Positions 27,345-37,392 of a DNA stretch of 63,122 nt are shown here, piece by piece. The notes below the pieces were generated by a model that was not told the DNA's origin, did not search any database, and saw nothing but the letters and a program-made list of their open reading frames with translations. The position numbers were made by a program, and so were the translations under genes. The stretch is from a virus. Lineage: Duplodnaviria; Caudoviricetes. Each line of letters begins with the position of its first letter. The first letter of the stretch is position 1. The stretch lies in IMG/VR virus record IMGVR_UViG_3300033067_000944, positions 1 through 63,122 of that record. One strand, written 5' to 3'.

Positions 27345-29866
27345 TAGTTCGTGACCCCCCGCAGTTCGATGGCACGCACTTGAATAGCGTTCGAGCCTTG
27401 AAAGCCTGTCAGTTGGATGCTGACCCAGCGGTCGCCACCCGGCGAACGGTCGTCGGTCCGTCCGGGGAAGTCCCAGCACCAAAGGCCCGTCGCATCTTGC
27501 TTGTCGCTGCGAGTCTTTAACAGGTCCACTACGGCGCTAGGATCGCTAGCGTAAGTCTGTACGCCATCTCCGTAGCCCTTGGCAACGCGATATTCACGGG
27601 CGCCGGTATCGTGGTTGTAGACGCACCGCATATCAATCGTCGCCGCCGATGCGGTCGGATCGGCAACCATGCGAATGCCGCGTTGTGTTTCGCGGTCGTT
27701 CTCGGCAAGCGGCAGAATTCCCGACTGCCATGTATAGGGAATCGCACCTATTTGGTAGACGCTGGTGGTGTCCGGTATGGTAGTCCAATCCGACGACAGC
27801 GTGAGTTGCGTGGCACTGGTGCGAGCCGAGACGACGCGCATTTGATCCTTGCCGGTTCCGGCGACAATCGCCACCGTGGTATATCCAGTAGCGGCATCGG
27901 TCGGAAACGTCGCGGTCGTGTCCGAGATCGTATTGTGCGAGGCGCTAGTAACCGTCCCACGTAACGTGCCAGTTCCCGCAATCCCGTCGAAAGTCCCTTG
28001 ACCAGTCTTGTAAATGGTTTCATTCTGTCCGCCGACTAACTGCCGAACCCTGGAACTAATCGAGATCAACGCCGAACCGCCAAGTTCCCACGGGTAATCC
28101 TCTGTCCACACGGTTCCGGTGCGATAGTTGATGGCAATCGCGTGCTTGGGTCGCGTATCACCCGACACGCAATAGTAGAACCGCACGATTTCCAGTACGG
28201 GGTCTTTCTGGGCGAAGAACCATTTCGACATGGTAAAGTCGATGGTCCCGTCGCGGAACATATCTTGGATGGAACCGCTGACCGGCTGAATCGAGCTATC
28301 GCCGTTGATGCGATAGATGCCGTAAAAATCCATGATGTACGGAACATCTTCGACCAGTACCCAAGCCCGATTATTCACGCAACCACGCGACGACATCAGC
28401 TTGATCGACACGTCGATTGCCGGCTGGGCGATGAAACTCAAGCGATAGACGTGCCGGCGCTGTAGCAGATAGATGCAACGTGCGGACGGCATCATGCCGA
28501 CCAGTTCGTCATCTTCACCCGTGCTGTTCTGGATGCGCACGACGTTGGAATCTGGCACGCTTTCCGGTTCCAGCGTTTCCGAGAAGTACAGTTGATTCAG
28601 TTCCGACTGCGGCGGTCGAATCGCGTAAGACTGACCAGCGGCACCCGTCCCGGTAAAGATTGACGTGAGCGTGATGGACGACGCACTAGCCGATTTGATC
28701 GTGTAGCTGGCAGATTCGCCAATGACGTAGAGAGTTCGACCAGCCATCGCGGAAGTCCACGACGTTCCGCTGCCTGTCACTGTTGTTGAACCATTCGACG
28801 TGGTAATCGTGCCGACGTTATATTCCACGTCCACGCCGTAGAACATGCGGTCTTGATACGTTGCCGAGCACGCCTTGAAGTTGGGCGGCTGGCCGAACCG
28901 GTTCGCATTCAGCGATCCGTCAGGATTCGTGATCGGCAACAGCCAGTCGAGTTCATGCGTCCAGGTTCCACCCGAACCGTTCGACGTGTAGGTCGCGTCG
29001 GTTACGAACGACGTGGAAGTTGGGCAGCTAGTGACCGTCTGGTGCGACGTGTTGTAGGCAATCACGTCATGGTCAGTGATCGTCACCTTCTGGCCGACTA
29101 CCAATCCATGCCCCACGTCGGTCGTGTACTTGACGCTACCCCCCGAGGTAGCCGACGTGCTGATATTACCGCCACCCGATGACATGCTTGCATCGGCACG
29201 GGCGGAGGCCGAGAACCCCGTCAGAACCCATGTGCTGGTAGCCGCATCGGCGGAGTAGGCAACGCCAGTCACGAATTGCTGAGCGCTATTCACCGCCGTT
29301 ACGGCGTGCGACGTGTTGTAGCCGCCGACCGAGCTACCGGAGATCGTGATAATCGCACCGACCGGAAGTGGGTGCGGAACGAGCATGGTGATTTTGCAGA
29401 ACCCGCCCGAGTTCGTGATCGAGCCGACAGTTCCACCCATCGCTAGCGTCGTGTCGTGATAGTAGACCGTCGCTTCGCCGCCCGTGGTGCGGAATAGCTG
29501 AATCTTGGCAGGCCGCGCATCGGAAGGAATCGTCAGGCTGCCGTAGATAATCTGGTGATTACCAGCCGCCGAGGTCGTCAGCTTCGTGGGCACACTAAGA
29601 TTCGACGGAACGCCGTCCCGGTCGATATAGCGATAGGCGCCGTAGTACACCAGCGAAGCCGAGACGTTGCCGGCAGCCGTGTTATCGGTGAGGGTCGGGG
29701 CGACCGTGGGCGCTGCGATGCCGAGCGTTTCGGCTGATGCAGTCAGAAAATCCCAGCGCAGGGGCGTGTCGATCCCGTTGGTGATGATGAGTTCACCATT
29801 GGGAGAGCGAGAAATCGTGACCGGCTGAAATGTATTCAGACCGGTTTTGATCGAAGGTGCGCCCAT
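27344..29866 (-). CDS. Tail nozzle / tubular-B-like protein (main part)
   Basis: YQDRMFY, LYFSE..EPESVP, SSRGCVN propeller-type motifs; inserted beta domains. Confidence 0.7.
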   Translation of the reverse strand: MGAPSIKTGLNTFQPVTISRSPNGELIITNGIDTPLRWDFLTASAETLGIAAPTVAPTLTDNTAAGNVSASLVYYGAYRYIDRDGVPSNLSVPTKLTTSAAGNHQIIYGSLTIPSDARPAKIQLFRTTGGEATVYYHDTTLAMGGTVGSITNSGGFCKITMLVPHPLPVGAIITISGSSVGGYNTSHAVTAVNSAQQFVTGVAYSADAATSTWVLTGFSASARADASMSSGGGNISTSATSGGSVKYTTDVGHGLVVGQKVTITDHDVIAYNTSHQTVTSCPTSTSFVTDATYTSNGSGGTWTHELDWLLPITNPDGSLNANRFGQPPNFKACSATYQDRMFYGVDVEYNVGTITTSNGSTTVTGSGTSWTSAMAGRTLYVIGESASYTIKSASASSITLTSIFTGTGAAGQSYAIRPPQSELNQLYFSETLEPESVPDSNVVRIQNSTGEDDELVGMMPSARCIYLLQRRHVYRLSFIAQPAIDVSIKLMSSRGCVNNRAWVLVEDVPYIMDFYGIYRINGDSSIQPVSGSIQDMFRDGTIDFTMSKWFFAQKDPVLEIVRFYYCVSGDTRPKHAIAINYRTGTVWTEDYPWELGGSALISISSRVRQLVGGQNETIYKTGQGTFDGIAGTGTLRGTVTSASHNTISDTTATFPTDAATGYTTVAIVAGTGKDQMRVVSARTSATQLTLSSDWTTIPDTTSVYQIGAIPYTWQSGILPLAENDRETQRGIRMVADPTASAATIDMRCVYNHDTGAREYRVAKGYGDGVQTYASDPSAVVDLLKTRSDKQDATGLWCWDFPGRTDDRSPGGDRWVSIQLTGFQGSNAIQVRAIELRGVTN

Positions 29867-29894
29867 AATCCTGTGGGCGCTGGCGCGAACTTAC

Positions 29895-30386
29895 TTAGTA
29901 GGTTCCAGTCAATTGGCAGACGAACGATGCCTGATATCCATCTTGTGGAACGAAGGCGATGTAGCCAGTTGTCAACTTGGCAGCCGGAATCGTAATCGTC
30001 ACGGCCATCTGGCCACGCTTACCGCCAGTAAACTGGTCGTACCCCTCCGTACCCGATCCAATCGCTACTCCCGACGACATGCAGCTTGGGTCTATCTTGC
30101 ACACGAACTGTCCATTTTTTCCATAGCCATCGACGCCCGCAAACAGACTAAAGGTTCCCTGAAACGGCGCGTGTGCTGTAATATGGTCATTAACCGGTGT
30201 GCCCTTGTAATTCGCACCAGCCTGATAGCCGTATGCAATGACTTCGAGCGTTGCCGGCGCGTTAAATGCCGTCTGCGTAAAAGCAATCACCACCGGGAAT
30301 GGTCCGACAGCACCGCCACCCGTCGATACGGCAGCGTTTGGGCAGCATGTAGAACCTGCGATTAAGCCACTATCAAAAGCCGCCAT
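29895..30386 (-). CDS. Hypothetical virion protein
   Basis: GGAG RBS; lies between the nozzle-like fragments. Confidence 0.55.
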   Translation of the reverse strand: MAAFDSGLIAGSTCCPNAAVSTGGGAVGPFPVVIAFTQTAFNAPATLEVIAYGYQAGANYKGTPVNDHITAHAPFQGTFSLFAGVDGYGKNGQFVCKIDPSCMSSGVAIGSGTEGYDQFTGGKRGQMAVTITIPAAKLTTGYIAFVPQDGYQASFVCQLTGTY

Positions 30387-30398
30387 GTGTCCATGCTC

Positions 30399-30701
30399 CT
30401 ATGTGGGATTGCGACCGGCGCGGATTGCGCCATCGGATGTTTGATAAACGATGTAGTCGCCTTCGGCGCGATGGGCACTGTACATGAAGATTATACTATA
30501 GGCTGAGTCCGCTTGCTCATTGGAAAACACGGACGGCAGCATCCCCCCTCGGCAAGACAAGATGCCCGGTACGATGCACTGCATATTGGCCTGAATCTGG
30601 GCGGCACCGGGCGGCAGGCTACGCGCATCGCTGTTCGATACTCGACCAGCCCAGTCGCTAATAATGACGCTATTTTTGTCCTGAGATTGCTGATTAGACA
30701 C
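30399..30701 (-). CDS. N-terminal-like fragment of the tail nozzle protein
   Basis: SDWAG....DARSLPPGAAQIQAN....GILSCRGG. Confidence 0.55.
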   Translation of the reverse strand: MSNQQSQDKNSVIISDWAGRVSNSDARSLPPGAAQIQANMQCIVPGILSCRGGMLPSVFSNEQADSAYSIIFMYSAHRAEGDYIVYQTSDGAIRAGRNPT

Positions 30702-31881
30702 TGTTATCTGCCCCTAGCGGACGGGTCAGTCCGTAAGCATCGTAGCAGCGGTTTGTGGTCCGGCTGAATTGCAGCATCGAGTCGGCATTCGCCGCTCGCA
30801 ACCGTTCCTTCTGGTAAGCGACTTCTCGCAGGCGAACGTCGTCCCTGTTCCGCAGGTTAGACAGTTGGTATTCCGCACCGCGTAGTAAGGCGTTGACCAT
30901 CGCCGGGTACAGATCGAGCGGGTCGCTAATCGTGTACTTCTTGGCAAGGTACGTTTCTTCGAGCGGCGAATCGACCGTAATGCTGGTCGCACTGGCGCGT
31001 GCCGTAATGATCTTCTGTTCCGTGAACGGGTTCAGTCCGCTCATACCGGTCGGATTCCCATTAAATCCGGTTTCGGTCGATTGCGTGAAGCGAATCACGC
31101 TGCCGACGTGCCGGTCGGCGAAGGCGGTCCCGCTGCCGGTAATGGTCGTGCCATCGACGGTCCCCGAGACGGTTCCCACATAATCAGCCGCGTCATAGCC
31201 GGTAAACCGTAGCGGTCGCAATTCCCGTTGGTACAGGAAGCGAATCCCTTGCGCCGTGCTAGCGTTCGGCTGGACGACAATCGCCATCTGCCCCAAGAAA
31301 TTTGGGTCGCCCATGATCGTCCAGAAGATCGGCGAGCCGGCAGAACTTGGGTCGCGTAGCTCAAGGTGCTGCCACTGGTCCGGTTCCAGGTATTGCATGA
31401 TCCCTTCGGACGTTTCCGACATCGGCTCGTAGATCGACCGGAAGTCAATCGGCAGCGAATAGACGTTGTGATACAGGGCATAAGCCGTGCTAGCGGCAAT
31501 GTCCGCAGCCGGACAGTTGTTGGCCGACAGGGTAATCACCGTAGAACTTTTTCTGTCCTCGACATCGTAGGTAATGCCGGCAATCGTGATGCGTCCCAGG
31601 GCTGCCCAGGTCGGCCAAGTGCCGCTCGTGAGCGTGACCATCCGTTCGTAGGTTCCGCCCGTGTAATCGTAGGCGATGGTTCCCGTGGTGTACGGAGCAT
31701 CGAGTGCGAGCCGATATTCGGAGAACAGGTAACGCCATTCGCGGCCCTGTACCAGATCGCGGAAGGCGTGCTGAACCGCATCTCGATAGTCCGATTGCTC
31801 CGCATCCATGCCACCCCCTCTGGTGAAATTCATCAGATGCGAAATCAGATCGTAATAGGTTAGTAGCGTTACGGATGCCAT
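30694..31881 (-). CDS. Head-tail adaptor / tail tubular-A-like protein
   Basis: WRYL, YSLPIDFRSI, GSPIFWT motifs. Confidence 0.7.
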   Translation of the reverse strand: MASVTLLTYYDLISHLMNFTRGGGMDAEQSDYRDAVQHAFRDLVQGREWRYLFSEYRLALDAPYTTGTIAYDYTGGTYERMVTLTSGTWPTWAALGRITIAGITYDVEDRKSSTVITLSANNCPAADIAASTAYALYHNVYSLPIDFRSIYEPMSETSEGIMQYLEPDQWQHLELRDPSSAGSPIFWTIMGDPNFLGQMAIVVQPNASTAQGIRFLYQRELRPLRFTGYDAADYVGTVSGTVDGTTITGSGTAFADRHVGSVIRFTQSTETGFNGNPTGMSGLNPFTEQKIITARASATSITVDSPLEETYLAKKYTISDPLDLYPAMVNALLRGAEYQLSNLRNRDDVRLREVAYQKERLRAANADSMLQFSRTTNRCYDAYGLTRPLGADNSV

Positions 31882-31884
31882 GTT

Positions 31885-34161
31885 TTACGTTCTGCGAAAT
31901 TGGGTTTTATCCGTGGTCGTGCGCAGGAACTTGTTGGGAAACGTCGTCGATCCCGTATCCATCACATCGGCGTCTTGCAACACCCAGAATCCCAGCGTGG
32001 CCGCCGAGCCGGTGTAGGTCGTCAGCGTTGCGGCGCTAATCGTGGTCGTGGTCGCATCGTTGTAGGTAATGACGACATTCGCACCGACTTGTGCCCACGT
32101 CGGGCTAAGGTTCGGATTCGGCGTATAGCGACTGACCCAGCGATAGCCGCACCAGACTTTCGTATACAAATACTTGGGAGGAATTGTATCGGCGAATGGT
32201 CCGAGTACGCGACCTGGAGTGTACAGGGCGATTTCATCACGTTCGCGGACCAGATCGACGACACGTTTGTGTTCTAGTGACGTGGAATTCGGATCGTTGT
32301 AGAAGTTGATTTCTCGACTAGGCAATGTCGCGTGCAGGACAATCTCTTCCCACAAGCCACTCGTTCCCCACTTAGCATAACCAAGCGCTACAATCGACGG
32401 CGCACCGACGTAGGGATAGCGGTTCTTCGTGCTGGCGCGGCACATCGACATATTGGCCGACCAGTCATAGACGAAGTAGGCCCAGTTGATTTCTCCCGAC
32501 GTTCCGCTGACCGCCTCGACATCGCCATCGGTCGAACTTCGCCAGTTCCAGCGATCATCACCAATGGTCGGCTGGCCGTAGAGTGGTACGGTACTGCCGT
32601 TTCCGATGCACCCCGCTACGCCGAACCCTGGACGCCACGGGTTGACCGGCAAGTCCCACGAATAGAGCGATGACGTGTAGGCGGCATCGTAGGCGTTGAT
32701 GATCGCGTTGGGGAAGTATTCGAGCACGACACTCATCGCAGTGTTGATGGTGTCTACGTAATACTTTTGGAAGAACGCATCGTACAAGAACGGGAAGTTT
32801 TGGTTGTACCAAGTGTAAGCAGTCGCCACATGCAGGTTCGCGTGGTCCCAGATGTTCGCCTGGCTCAAACCGGCTGGCTGAAATACGCTGTCACGAATCG
32901 TTGACCAGCCGCTATCGGCAAACACTTCGTCGCAGGTTTCCGTAATCCAAGTCGCCGTGATCGCGCCGCTGCCGGTCGAAGAGATATTGACCGCGTTCTG
33001 CGGAACCAAGGCGTCCGCACGGCGCTTGTAAAGCGTAGCTTTCGTGACGCCACCAGCCACGTTCACGTAATACGGATAGTTCGCTAGCAATCCGGTCGGC
33101 ATCGTCGTGGCGGCTGCGATCATTACGGCATCGCCGGTCGTCCAGCCGTGTGCAACGCTAGTGGTAATCTCGCCCGTACCGGTATTGATCGCGTTGACAG
33201 TTTTCACCGTAATCGGCGACAGCAGATTGACTCCCGTGCTGCTGCCGTTCACGCCACGTTGGAAATCGTAAAAATGCTTGTGATGCTCGATATCGGTCAA
33301 AAACCCGTCGAGGATATCGGTCGCATTCGCCGCTCCGTACTCGGCAGCACCAGCCGCCAATAGCTCTTGCATGAACACACGCAGCTTCGAGTCGGACGCG
33401 ACAATCTGGGTACGATAGCTCGATGAACTTAACCCGCTACGGTTTGCGGTCGTCAGTTCCAAGTCCCAGAATGCGTAGCGGCCATTTCCGGCACCGGTCG
33501 TGACCGGGATGCCGAGCATACAGCCGACGCTGCTAGGCGACGTGTAATTACCCTGGCGGTCGGCATGGATATAGCGGCGGCCGGCCGGTTGTGCGATCAA
33601 CAGCGATGCTACCAATGCCGAGTTCAACACATCCTGGCCGACCGCACCGTGATTGTAATAGGTATGTACCGGTCGAATCAGGTTGTCACGGACGGTGATT
33701 TGCGGATAGGCGGCAATCGCTGCTGCGGCGTTCGCATCGGTCGAGGCACACACGATCCGGGTAATCTGCGGCGTCAGGTCGAGCGTTTCTTGCGGCTGAA
33801 TCAGTTCAAACTGTCTCGATTCCGTCGCACCGGTGTTCGTCAAGAATGTCAGACCGCTCGAATCCCAGGCAGCCGACATGAGATCGTAGAGCAAGTGGGC
33901 ACGGTCGGTCGTGCCGCGTGTCAGTCCGGTTGCCGTGTACTTATTCGTGACCAGACTGCTGATGCCGGTTCCGCCACCATCGTTCCAGACAATCCAACTT
34001 AAGGCACCCTCGGCAGTCAAGTGACTGGGCGGCGTGCCGATGGTATTCGAGATCGACAGTCCCGCCACCAAGAACGCGCGGCATTCCGCAGCCGTCATGC
34101 GAGCGAATACCCGCTGAAAGTCTGCGCCGGATGCCGTGAGTTGTGCTTGGGTTACTGCCAT
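31885..34161 (-). CDS. Large virion protein (possible tailspike or carbohydrate-active protein)
   Basis: 758 aa; AHGWTTGDAV...PTGL...YYV module; aromatic-rich core. Confidence 0.5.
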   Translation of the reverse strand: MAVTQAQLTASGADFQRVFARMTAAECRAFLVAGLSISNTIGTPPSHLTAEGALSWIVWNDGGGTGISSLVTNKYTATGLTRGTTDRAHLLYDLMSAAWDSSGLTFLTNTGATESRQFELIQPQETLDLTPQITRIVCASTDANAAAAIAAYPQITVRDNLIRPVHTYYNHGAVGQDVLNSALVASLLIAQPAGRRYIHADRQGNYTSPSSVGCMLGIPVTTGAGNGRYAFWDLELTTANRSGLSSSSYRTQIVASDSKLRVFMQELLAAGAAEYGAANATDILDGFLTDIEHHKHFYDFQRGVNGSSTGVNLLSPITVKTVNAINTGTGEITTSVAHGWTTGDAVMIAAATTMPTGLLANYPYYVNVAGGVTKATLYKRRADALVPQNAVNISSTGSGAITATWITETCDEVFADSGWSTIRDSVFQPAGLSQANIWDHANLHVATAYTWYNQNFPFLYDAFFQKYYVDTINTAMSVVLEYFPNAIINAYDAAYTSSLYSWDLPVNPWRPGFGVAGCIGNGSTVPLYGQPTIGDDRWNWRSSTDGDVEAVSGTSGEINWAYFVYDWSANMSMCRASTKNRYPYVGAPSIVALGYAKWGTSGLWEEIVLHATLPSREINFYNDPNSTSLEHKRVVDLVRERDEIALYTPGRVLGPFADTIPPKYLYTKVWCGYRWVSRYTPNPNLSPTWAQVGANVVITYNDATTTTISAATLTTYTGSAATLGFWVLQDADVMDTGSTTFPNKFLRTTTDKTQFRRT

Positions 34162-34511
34162 TAGATTTCGATGTAACTAAGATGCCCATTCGTGGCCGTG
34201 GATGTCGCTACAGAGGCGTTCAGCAGCGTGCTAGCCGCCGTCTCGAACCATCCCGATGGATTCTCTTGCAATACCAGCGGAGTGCTGCCCAAGAGCGGCA
34301 TCGTGCCCGTGAGGGCCGTACCACCCGCACCCGACTGAATCGCCAGCGTGCCGTTTCCGGTCAGGCTGATGCACAGCGAGATAACGCGGATTTTCTTGCC
34401 GGTCACGGCGGCTACCAGCGTGACGTTGCCGTTCGTTCCGGTGAACGTCGCATACTTGATCGATCCCGAGCCGGGAGCGTAATCCCGGCATAGTTGTCCA
34501 GCCATTTTCAA
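34161..34511 (-). CDS. Small virion protein
   Basis: LVAAVTGKKIRV...GWFET. Confidence 0.6.
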   Translation of the reverse strand: MKMAGQLCRDYAPGSGSIKYATFTGTNGNVTLVAAVTGKKIRVISLCISLTGNGTLAIQSGAGGTALTGTMPLLGSTPLVLQENPSGWFETAASTLLNASVATSTATNGHLSYIEI

Positions 34512-35047
34512 TCACTCCATTTCGGTGCGTGGTTAGCGAGCACCTTTTCACGTAACTCGCGTTTATCAGCTTTGGGCGTAGCCTTGAGTTCCATGTTGAC
34601 GTGGCGCTCGATGATGTCCTCGGCAAGTGGTACGGGCGGCGTCTGACGAATCGTCCCCTGGACGTTGATCGCGCCCGTCACGGTCAGATTGCGATTGCGA
34701 GCTACGCGGCGAACATCGTCGGCACTGCCTACCCACGCTTCGGGATCGAGCGGACCACGGGTATCGGCCAGCTTTCCGCAATAGACTTTGTTGCTTACAT
34801 TGACCCCGGTTTTCTCATGGACCGCTTGCATCACGGCACCCTTGAGATTGTCGGGAATGAACGGAACCGGGTCGCTCGCAAACTCTGCCGAGAAGGCCCG
34901 TTCGCTGTTGCTGTACGGCGTGGCTGGCGGTCGCTGGTGAGCGAGCACATCGGCCATGTTATGGCTTTCCCCGCGCTTGCGTAGTTCTTCGTAGAACGAC
35001 TGCACGAACGGGTTGCTGCTAACCTGTGGGTACTGGTGCGTTTCCAT
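34508..35047 (-). CDS. Portal-adjacent hypothetical protein
   Basis: DPEAWVGS..DVRRVA; start inferred. Confidence 0.6.
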   Translation of the reverse strand: METHQYPQVSSNPFVQSFYEELRKRGESHNMADVLAHQRPPATPYSNSERAFSAEFASDPVPFIPDNLKGAVMQAVHEKTGVNVSNKVYCGKLADTRGPLDPEAWVGSADDVRRVARNRNLTVTGAINVQGTIRQTPPVPLAEDIIERHVNMELKATPKADKRELREKVLANHAPKWSD

Positions 35048-37034
35048 GTTCGACAGGAGCCTGTTGTGGTTGTGGCGGTCCCTGCGCGGGTCCATTCCCG
35101 TGCGGGCTGGGCGGTCCTTGTGGACCCGGAGGCGGCATCATCATTTGCGGCGGTGGCGGTGGCGGCTGGATCAGGTACGCATCCGGCTGGATGTCGAGAG
35201 CCTTACACCAATCGCCGATCAGCGAGTTCATCGGACCTACCTGCCCCTGCTGCGCGAATGGAGCAAGGAACTGACCCAGCACTTGCATGGCCTGTGTCAT
35301 TTGCTGGACGCGGGTATCCTTGTTCGGTCGTCGCGTGCTGCCGGCTTCGATACGGCAATCGTATTCGCGTGCCATCGTCTCTGGATCAAGTTGCTTGACC
35401 AGCATGTCCCAGGCTTGCGATCCGAGCGTGCCTAGAATCGGTTTCAAGGCCGCACCGTCCAAGCCCCAGTAGCACGCGAATGCTTCCTTGCGAGCGATAT
35501 TGGTCATCGCGCCATCGACGATCGTTGCCATGTCGTCGGGGCGTATTCGACTGTTATTACTGCGCACATTGGCGTCTGTTGCGGAGCGGGATTGACTCGA
35601 CACATCGCCATACATCATGTCCGACAGGCCGACACGCTTATCAAACTCGTTCGCAACCGCCTCGATGATCGTGTAGATGTCACGATTGATCGGCTGATGC
35701 TGTAGGAAGCTGACGACGTTCTTGATATCGGTGTGCATGTCGCCGTCGATTTCCAGCGTGGTCATATCCTTGCCTTCGAGCACCTGTTTTTTCAGGTTCG
35801 ATTCGGCGGACTTGAGAAACACGATGAAATCGCGGCAGGTCGTTTTGACTTTGCCAGCCAGAAACGACATAGCCCAGTTCAGGAACTTAAGTTCACCGAG
35901 GCCGGGACGTAGCGGGCTGATCGGATAAGGGTTATCGGGCGACCAGTGAAAACCCATGACTTCGCACGGCCAGCCGCCGTCGATCCAAAACGGGATTGGC
36001 CATTGTGCGGCTGAGAACACGCTGTCGAGTTGCTGTTGATCTTGCGACTGGGCCGCTTCGGTAATCATCTCGTTGGGAATGTTCAGCGGGAATTCGACGT
36101 TCTCGGCAACCGCTAGATAGCAGTAGTCACCAAACTCATCGAACATGCCCTTGATGTCCGGCGACATACCGGTCATCCGGTCGCCCATGCCCATCTTGGA
36201 GTAGACTTGCCAATAGACGAGCAGGTCGTTCGTCTTGCCAGCCTTGCGTAAGTAATCGGCCTGCCAATTGTCGGTCGTCTCGCCCTGGCTTTGGAGCGAT
36301 TCGAGATTGCCCTTGCCCTTGAGCGTGTCAGGTTTCAGGCCGTACTTCTGTTCGACTTCCCACGTCGGATGAACGCAACGGCGAGCCACCCATTGCACGC
36401 CTTCCATCCAGCTTGTAGCGTCGGCATCCCAGACGATGTTGTCGCAAGAATCCCAGAACGTACCGACCAGCTTTCCGCTGAATCCTGGCGGCTGATAAAA
36501 CTCAGTCCACCACGTAGACATGCCCTTGATGAGTCCTTCGTCGATCCCTCGACGCATATGCTCCTTGGCGTTCTGTTCGTTCGGCAGGTAGTTCAGTACC
36601 GTCTGCACCAGCGACGAGACGGTGTTGCGCGAGATCAGTTCGTGCTGGTGCATCATGCCCATCTGCTGGAACATGGGCTGGGCCATCGGGTTGTTCGGAT
36701 CGCCGAACAACTGTGGCGGCACGTTCGGGAATTCTGCCGGCGTGACCAGCCGATTCGGATTCTGGTAGTACAACGCGGGTCCGTAGAGCGACTTGAATTC
36801 AAACGCCTTATTCACCACCATGCGGAACGAAGGCATGTTCACGTCGTTATCGGAATCGACGTACTTCTTCATGTCCCGCGAATTCCAGAAGTCTTTCGAC
36901 CGACCGTCGAAGAACTTCATCAGTTCCTTGGCGTCCAGCGAAAACTTCGTGCGCTTCCACTCCAAGGCTTTCTTGATCTTCTCAAGCCAGCCACGGCACA
37001 GTGGAGACATCGGACGTTGCGGGTCAATGCTCAT
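35019..37034 (-). CDS. Portal protein
   Basis: 671 aa after the terminase; VGLSDMMYG...RSATDA, IEAGST motifs; P/Q-rich tail. Confidence 0.85.
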   Translation of the reverse strand: MSIDPQRPMSPLCRGWLEKIKKALEWKRTKFSLDAKELMKFFDGRSKDFWNSRDMKKYVDSDNDVNMPSFRMVVNKAFEFKSLYGPALYYQNPNRLVTPAEFPNVPPQLFGDPNNPMAQPMFQQMGMMHQHELISRNTVSSLVQTVLNYLPNEQNAKEHMRRGIDEGLIKGMSTWWTEFYQPPGFSGKLVGTFWDSCDNIVWDADATSWMEGVQWVARRCVHPTWEVEQKYGLKPDTLKGKGNLESLQSQGETTDNWQADYLRKAGKTNDLLVYWQVYSKMGMGDRMTGMSPDIKGMFDEFGDYCYLAVAENVEFPLNIPNEMITEAAQSQDQQQLDSVFSAAQWPIPFWIDGGWPCEVMGFHWSPDNPYPISPLRPGLGELKFLNWAMSFLAGKVKTTCRDFIVFLKSAESNLKKQVLEGKDMTTLEIDGDMHTDIKNVVSFLQHQPINRDIYTIIEAVANEFDKRVGLSDMMYGDVSSQSRSATDANVRSNNSRIRPDDMATIVDGAMTNIARKEAFACYWGLDGAALKPILGTLGSQAWDMLVKQLDPETMAREYDCRIEAGSTRRPNKDTRVQQMTQAMQVLGQFLAPFAQQGQVGPMNSLIGDWCKALDIQPDAYLIQPPPPPPQMMMPPPGPQGPPSPHGNGPAQGPPQPQQAPVEHGNAPVPTG

Positions 37035-37390
37035 TACTTACGGTTCGATTCCAGGCGCGACAAACGAGTTTCGAGGCCGCGCACCTTTTCCGATAGCAAC
37101 TTGCGGTCGGTCTGCAATTCCTTGTAGTCCGGCGTGAAGTCCCAAGCGCCGTTCTCCTTTTGGGCCGGGTTCGTCAGGCGTGGATCGCTGATGTACCGAA
37201 CCGACTGATAGGACGCCTTGTCGCCGAGCGACTTGAGCCAGAGCGTTTCGTGGTCGGCTTCAAACACGACACACGGAATCGGCAACGCTGCCGGACCTCG
37301 GGTCAGGACGAAGAAATTGACAATCTGACCGCAGCGAACTTGCGGCATGGCGTAAGGTTTCGTTTCGACCGCTTCTTCGACACTGGACAT
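37034..37390 (-). CDS. Hypothetical protein
   Basis: Coupled between terminase and portal. Confidence 0.6.
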   Translation of the reverse strand: MSSVEEAVETKPYAMPQVRCGQIVNFFVLTRGPAALPIPCVVFEADHETLWLKSLGDKASYQSVRYISDPRLTNPAQKENGAWDFTPDYKELQTDRKLLSEKVRGLETRLSRLESNRK

Positions 37391-37392
37391 AA

